Assembly: GCA_032718475.1 (NCBI GenBank)
Contig: JAUCBJ010002762.1
Location: 1 to 64,000 of the forward strand
Reading direction: 5' to 3'
DNA: 64,000 nt
DNA from: Nemertoderma westbladi
Taxonomy: Eukaryota; Animalia; Xenacoelomorpha
Positions 57,993 to 64,000 of this stretch are shown one piece after another. How positions within the stretch are numbered: the stretch's first letter is position 1; each line of letters opens with the position of its first letter. The position numbers and the translations under genes are program-made. A model generated the notes under the pieces. It ran no database searches. It worked only from the letters and a program-made list of their open reading frames with translations, and had not been told where the DNA came from.

Positions 57993-60430
57993 CTACTACT
58001 ACTACTAGGATCGGCATGCTGCATTGCAGCTCCATTTTTAAGAATGCTGTGCCGGCTTGTCAACAAAATTGCACTGCCACAACTCCCTATCACCCATGAC
58101 ATTTGCTAGATCATCCGCATCTTTAAGGCCAGTGTCCTTTAAGATGCGTCTCAAGAAAGTCATGGGCTGTCCACCATGCTTATTCACTCCATGAGGCTGC
58201 CAAACTACAAGATTATGCACTGGCTGGTCCTCACGGCGAAAGCAATGTCCTGCAAAGCGGAGGCGATTTTGTTCTAGTGTCAAGCTTGGGGGAACCAATG
58301 AGACACCTCCAATGTTATATAGTGTCTGGTTGGAGATGTGTGCATTGTACTTGACACAATGTACCCGGCGTAGCATTCTTGTGAATGTGCCATCCAGAGA
58401 TTTGGTGTCCTCAGCAGTTAGAGCCCAGCATGGACTCCCGTAGAGGAGTACTGGAACTACTGCTGCTCTAAATAATCGGACCTTAAGTTTCCAATTAATT
58501 CTAGGTGACTTCCAAATCCTGGAAAGCCTATTCAAGGCTGCCCATGCCTTTCCCTTACGTATTCGAAGGTCCTCACCTGACTTCCGGATCCATGATCCCA
58601 GGTAACAGAAGTCGTCCACATGCTCAAGCATACCATCCTTTGAGCTTATGCTCATCCGATCAGAGACTTGCTGAGGACTTTCAAAGTTAACTGTCAGAAT
58701 TTTGGTCTTTCTGGAGTTAATAAAAAGACCAACACTAGAAGCAGCATGTTCTAATGAGCTGAGGAGCCGCTGGGCTCCCTCTAATGATTCTGAGAGTACT
58801 CCTAAGTCATCAGCAAAGTCTAGATCAGTTAGGTACTTGGCAGGATTTCCTCGACTTCTGGAGCCAGTAGGTGGAGTTATCATCACCCCATCATCATTAT
58901 GATGATCTAAGGACATGCGTAGAACTTAGTCAACCACAATAATGAACAAGAATGGTGCAAGTGTGTCTCCTTGGAGGACGCCCCATAACACTTCAAATGG
59001 TTCTGTGTCACCATCAACAGTAGACAAAAATGTTGTCGAACCATCATATACTGATCTGATTGCTGCAATAATTTCATCAGGAATCCCATATAATGAAAGT
59101 ATGCTGAACATACGTGAGCGAGAGACTGAATCAAAGGCCTTGAAGAAGTCAACAAAGATAACAGCCAGATGCCTGTCTTTCTTTTTTGATAACTCTTCAA
59201 TTATCCTTCTAAGTGCCAAAATGGGCTCCATGGTCCCACAACCTTTACGGAACCCATTCTGATTTCCACGTAGCAGTCTCTCAATGGGATCCCTGATGCG
59301 ATTTAATAGAATTCTATTGTATAGTTTTGCAGCAATCGAGATCAATGAGATTCCCCGAAAAGAACCATAGAGTGTTAGGTTGCCCTTCTTGGGAACTGGC
59401 ACCAACTTATTTGTTTTCATTTCTTGTGGGACTCTTGTTGTACGGTACATGTCTACTATGATGGGATAGATGAGCTTTAAACACTCAGGTATTTTAAAGA
59501 CCTCAGGGTGAACACCATCTACTCCACTGGCACGATTGGTCTTAATGCTCTTTGCAGCAGCCTTCACTTCTGCAAAGGAGATATCGCCAATGGGAATATC
59601 TGGGAGTACAGACTCAGACACTTTTACTTCTATAAAGTTATCAGGCAATACCCTGTCATTATTGAGGAGCTTTTCAAAGTGGGCTTTCCAACCATTGAGG
59701 CGATCGGCTGGTGATTCAGCCTTAACCTTGGTGGTTGGTTGGCTTTTCCGCCCAGTAAGCAGATTGATCGATTTCCATGCCTGGGATGATTGCCTGCTGT
59801 CGTCAGCATCATTAATGGCATCAACCTGTTGGTTTATTAGCTCCTGTAGATTAACAGAGTACTGCCTGTTCAGGGACCTAGATGCAGCTTTAACTGCATT
59901 CTTGGCCGCTGTAGTCTGTTTGAGTCGGGACTCTTTCTGCGCCTTATGAAGGTCATTTCGGCACTTCTGAATTTTGTTGTCAGTCCAGGGGGCCCTTTTC
60001 CTGTTTCGAGGGTATACAGGAACTGTTTCTGCAGCTGCTAACTTAACTGCTTCTGTAAAGGCAGTATAGCCCTCACAGTGATCTGCCGCCTCAGAGGCAA
60101 GAGCCTCATACCTGTTGCTCAGCTGTAGTGTGAAGCTGGATCTCACACTTGGCTGTTGCAACAGAGAGGACCAGTCATGCCGTGGCAAGGCAGATTTCGT
60201 TGTTCTGCTAGCACGCAGACTAAGTCTTACCTTGGCCACAATAAGGCGGTGATCACTGGAGAAGGGTCGAAGTGTAAATGCATTATAGTCTTGTATAGAG
60301 CTCCTGTATTTCCTACGAAACAGAATATGGTCTATCTGGGACTTGTGACCACTGGGTCCACTATGAGTCCATAGCTTTCCAGTTCGCTTCTTGAACTGGG
60401 TTCCAGCCGAAAACAATCCATTTCCATTTC
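57993..60430 (-). mobile_element. 5'-truncated RTE-class (RTEX-like) LINE
   Basis: 14-bp TSD CTGAAATACTCTAA (57979-57992, 60431-60444), (TAG)n tail, APE and RT coding sequence. Confidence 0.92.
58038..60416 (-). pseudogene. LINE APE-RT ORF with an in-frame TAA at 58926-58928
   Basis: QIDHIL..SDHRL (APE end), QNGFR, FVDFFKAFDSV, GVLQGDTLAPFLFIIVVD*VLR, DFADD, FCYLGS. Confidence 0.92.
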
Positions 60431-62379
60431 CTGAAATACTCTAAAGGTAGTAATAACTTGAGAGATTTAAGAGGACTTATAAACTGATGCAACTAAGCAT
60501 CTGTCCAAACTCAGAGCTGAGATGACGAAATCTACCAGCTGTTTCTTTATGCATAGAACCTGTGTTATTTGTTGTTATATTTCAGCCAATCAGCGCGATC
60601 TCCCTTTACCTGTGCTTTGTTGACTTATGTAAAATGACGCAGTGCGGCAATATTCATTCTTTCCTTCAGATTTGGCTTTTCTGACTTTGCCAAAAAATAT
60701 CAGTGGCTTGAAGAGAGTCATAAGAACGCAAATCTATTAACAATTCAGACCAATTCAAACAAGTCACACAATTCATACAATTCATACGATTTCGACTGAC
60801 TCTTGCGCACAAACGGCAATACTGCTGTTGCGTGACTAACACCGTTTTTACTGTTATATACTATTGCTAATTGATGTTATATATTATTGGATGTTATATT
60901 TGGAGAATACTGGTGAATAATCGTTAAATTCCCCTTAACTTTTGTTAAAGAATTCTCAAAGGGGATTCTTCCTTTTGATATGTTCGTATTTTCGAATGAA
61001 ACAAAGAGGTTAATCAAACTATAACATACCAAGCTAATTGCCCTAAGCACAAGCCGAAACAGAAATAACCAAAACAATCAATCTGATTTGGCTTCCCAAG
61101 CTACTTAATACAAGTGTTGGTGACTTAACACTCCATTTTGTTCACCCTTCACAGAGAAATAAAGCAGTTCTTCAGGTGGACAAATGTTGAATGTGAGAAT
61201 ATTTAATATTGCAAAAAGGGGGGAATTATTTACATAAACCCTGGTGCCCTTAGCGCTGACTGTAATCAGCTATATTACTGTTGCGCTATGCTTACGACTA
61301 CTGTAGACTTGCAAACCCGTTATTTTTTTTAGGTAACCGCCTAGCGTAAATCAGTCCAAATATATTTCCAAAGTGTAAACAACCAAAACTATTCTCCGCT
61401 ATGCAGCGAAATCATAATCATAATCATAATCATATAGTACGAAATCATTATTTTGTTCTAAATACTAGCATAAACTACATTTACTCAAATGTACGGGGTT
61501 GCGAACGAATTATTAGGTATTCCAGAATTTGTAACGCTAATTAGTTACGTTACTGGGCTACACTAAAGACAGCCTAAATGCCGTATTATTTGAGCTAACA
61601 GCAATTAACAAGCATAAATAGAAAACAGAAACAATCAAGATATATAGCGCCTATCTAAAACATTACACATAAATAGCTGAATAGCGTAGCTACAATTAGG
61701 CCCTATAATCGCAGTAATAGCGTTAGCATTAGCATTAGCATTAGCATAGAATTAGCGTAAGCTTAGAATTAGCATTAGCATAGCATTAGCATTAGCATTA
61801 GCGTAAATGGCTAAGGTCACCCAGATCAATGTGATCTTTCTACCTAACTAGCCTAACTATCAAATCTAGACAAGTTCTAGATTGCCTTGCCCCTTACAGC
61901 CTAAATGGCGACCGTCCCTCGGTCCTAAACTTAATTCAGCCAACCGCAGCCACCAGCACCGCCGGTAGTGCCGTGTATTGGATCCTCCAATTCTCCCTCA
62001 GTCACTTCCGAACAGTTTGCCCGCAACGCCTACCCCTAGCCAACATGCTAAAGCAGGCAGTTACCGTAACGGCGCAAACATAGTAAAATCAGTCAGATAG
62101 TCGAAGGAAACAAAACGTTGATTTTGGTTTACTACATTGCAGCGAATTATATTTGCAAATAAGAGAAAAAAATCAAGAGTCAGAATCAAGCAGTAATCAT
62201 TGCCAAAGTCACAAAATGTGATGGGAGTGATGCATTTTAACTCCCGACCAGTATAGATCGTATGCGTCGCTTTGTCGCTGGGCTGCTGGACTGGACTGGA
62301 TGGATAATATCTTTGGCCGAGGCCGATGGAAAACAATGTAGTTCGTTTCTCAGTATTAATGATCACAGCGATAAGGCAA

Positions 62380-62831
62380 GACGACAGCAGGCAATCATCC
62401 CAGGCATGGAGATCGATCAACTTGCTTGCTGGTCGAAAAAGCCAACCAACCACCAAGGTTAAGGCTAAATCACCAGCCGATCGCATCAATGGTTGGAAGG
62501 CCCACTTTGAAAGGCTCCTCAATAATGACAGGGTATTGCCTGATAACTTTATAGAAGTAAAAGTGTCTGAGTCTGTACTCCCAGATATTCCCATTGGTGA
62601 TATCTCCTTTGCTGCTCCAAAGAGCATTAAGACCAATCGTGCCAGTGGAGTAGATGGTGTTCCCCCTGAGGTCTTTAAAATACCTAAGTGTTTAAAGCTC
62701 ATCTATCCCATCATAGTAGACATGTACCAAACAACAAGAGTCCCACCAGAAATAAAAACAAATAAGTTGGTGCCAGTTCCCAAGAAGGGAAACCTAACAC
62801 TCTATGGTTCTTTTCGGGGAATCTCATTGAT
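62380..62831 (+). pseudogene. Second, inverted fragment of the same RTE LINE, cut by an LTR insertion
   Basis: Near-identical to the reverse complement of ~59341-59803; ends at RGISLI where the LTR begins. Confidence 0.88.
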
Positions 62832-64000
62832 TGTGACGGGATCAGAGGATCCCGACCGGTTTGGTTTATTTACCCGTTAGCGTCACCGTACGAATGAAAG
62901 AAAACAGTTTGTTGTTGTTCCAATGTTATTAATAAACTTGAGATAACTGAATTGTGATATCTATCGGTAATATAAATGATAGCACAGTTTGAGATAATGG
63001 TAATAGGATGATGTTGTCATGTACCGGTAATATGATATATGTGATCGGTGACAGAGTGACGGTATAAAAGAGTCACCGTACTGTCCTGAGCGACTGAGAT
63101 AACTGAATTATGATATGAACACCGACTGGTAATATATTGATTACCTACTTTACTTGTGGCCTTAATACTTAGCGGATGCAGTTACTTTGGCTCTGATTGG
63201 CCAATAACCTAATTCTCGGCTCCCACCTCTGTGGGAGTGTTTCCCCCCCTCCCGCTGCTGTCACTTTCCCTCTCCCGGAGGTTTGACGTATAACCTCTAT
63301 TGTGTGTGGCTCTTTGGGGGTTTGTCGTCCCCGTTTATTGGGGTGATACGAGGTTGACTGTAATCAACCTCGTACTCCCCAATATTGCTTAAAGGCGCCA
63401 CTTCCCAACTTTATGGGGCGGTGGGCGGAATTGAATCCGCTCACACTCCCCCCCATGCTATCTTCCCGGTGAGAAGATAGCATCACCAATGAGTGCGCTG
63501 GAACCCGATCTACTATCGGGTGTGGGGTGGAATTCTCTTTCTCGGAGCCGGCTTTCCAGGCTGCTCCCTATGGGTATGATATTGCTACCCTCTCTTGGTG
63601 CAACTTCACCTATGTTGCACCAAGACATCTGGCCTCTCGTGTCGAGACAATTGTGGATTTCTCTCACACAATTTTTCATCTCCCCACTACACTCTCCATT
63701 CTAACTCCGCTCTGACTGACTCTAACTTCTCCACTCTCACCCTGACTCTCCTCTACTTCTCTTTACTTCCACACTAACTCTCGGACCCCCTCGTCCCTCA
63801 CTCTAGTCCCACTAGCTAGTTGGAAAAAGGTTACATGACTATAGTACTTACTTTGGTTATATTAGTTATATGATTATATTCTATACTAATGATTATTACA
63901 TACGTACATACTAATTGCACTTTTAATTAAATTTGCACTTAGGAGTTAGTATTATTTCACATGTGGTGCCTTCCAGGCATCTCCACATCTAAGTTCAAGT
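62832..64000 (-). mobile_element. 3' end of a Gypsy-like LTR retrotransposon (3' LTR 62832-63445, PPT 63446-63454, decayed internal region)
   Basis: TGTGA...TCACA termini; minus-sense GGGGGGGAG immediately before the LTR. Confidence 0.75.

Larger units (their letters stand above)
56235..61290 (+). mobile_element. Pair of ~0.9-kb LTR-like direct repeats (56235-57150; 57935-57992 + 60445-61290) with a short non-coding internal region
   Basis: Both start TGTAAAAGCTTTTGCG; the second is preceded by purine-rich GGGAGCGG (PPT-like); TGGTGCCC (PBS-like) near 57100. Confidence 0.5.

Overview
AT-rich animal (probably invertebrate) genomic DNA made almost entirely of nested mobile elements; no host gene is recognisable. 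Left to right: (1) the 5' half of a minus-strand BEL/Pao LTR retrotransposon (gag-protease ORF from 4273 running off the window edge). (2) A complete ~19.96-kb Polinton/Maverick (adintovirus-like) provirus at 7215-27169 with AGTAGT...ACTACT TIRs and a perfect TATATG TSD. It encodes a RING protein, packaging ATPase, pX-like core protein, integrase, two tandem pentons (one split by a piggyBac MITE), hexon, adenain and a decayed pPolB. Unusually, it also carries a TBP-fold gene and a probable PC4-like gene. (3) A family of non-autonomous Helitron-like elements (TC...hairpin-CTCG ends, subterminal inverted repeats, ~460-bp central repeats). One pair of their ends brackets a 17.6-kb segment holding an intact 3697-aa Rep-helicase ORF with N-terminal Zn-finger/AT-hook modules and a C-terminal USP (C19) deubiquitinase, plus a type III hammerhead ribozyme. 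(4) RTE-class LINE copies, Gypsy-like LTRs and DNA-transposon remnants. All protein calls rest on motif recognition by eye; no database searches were run.
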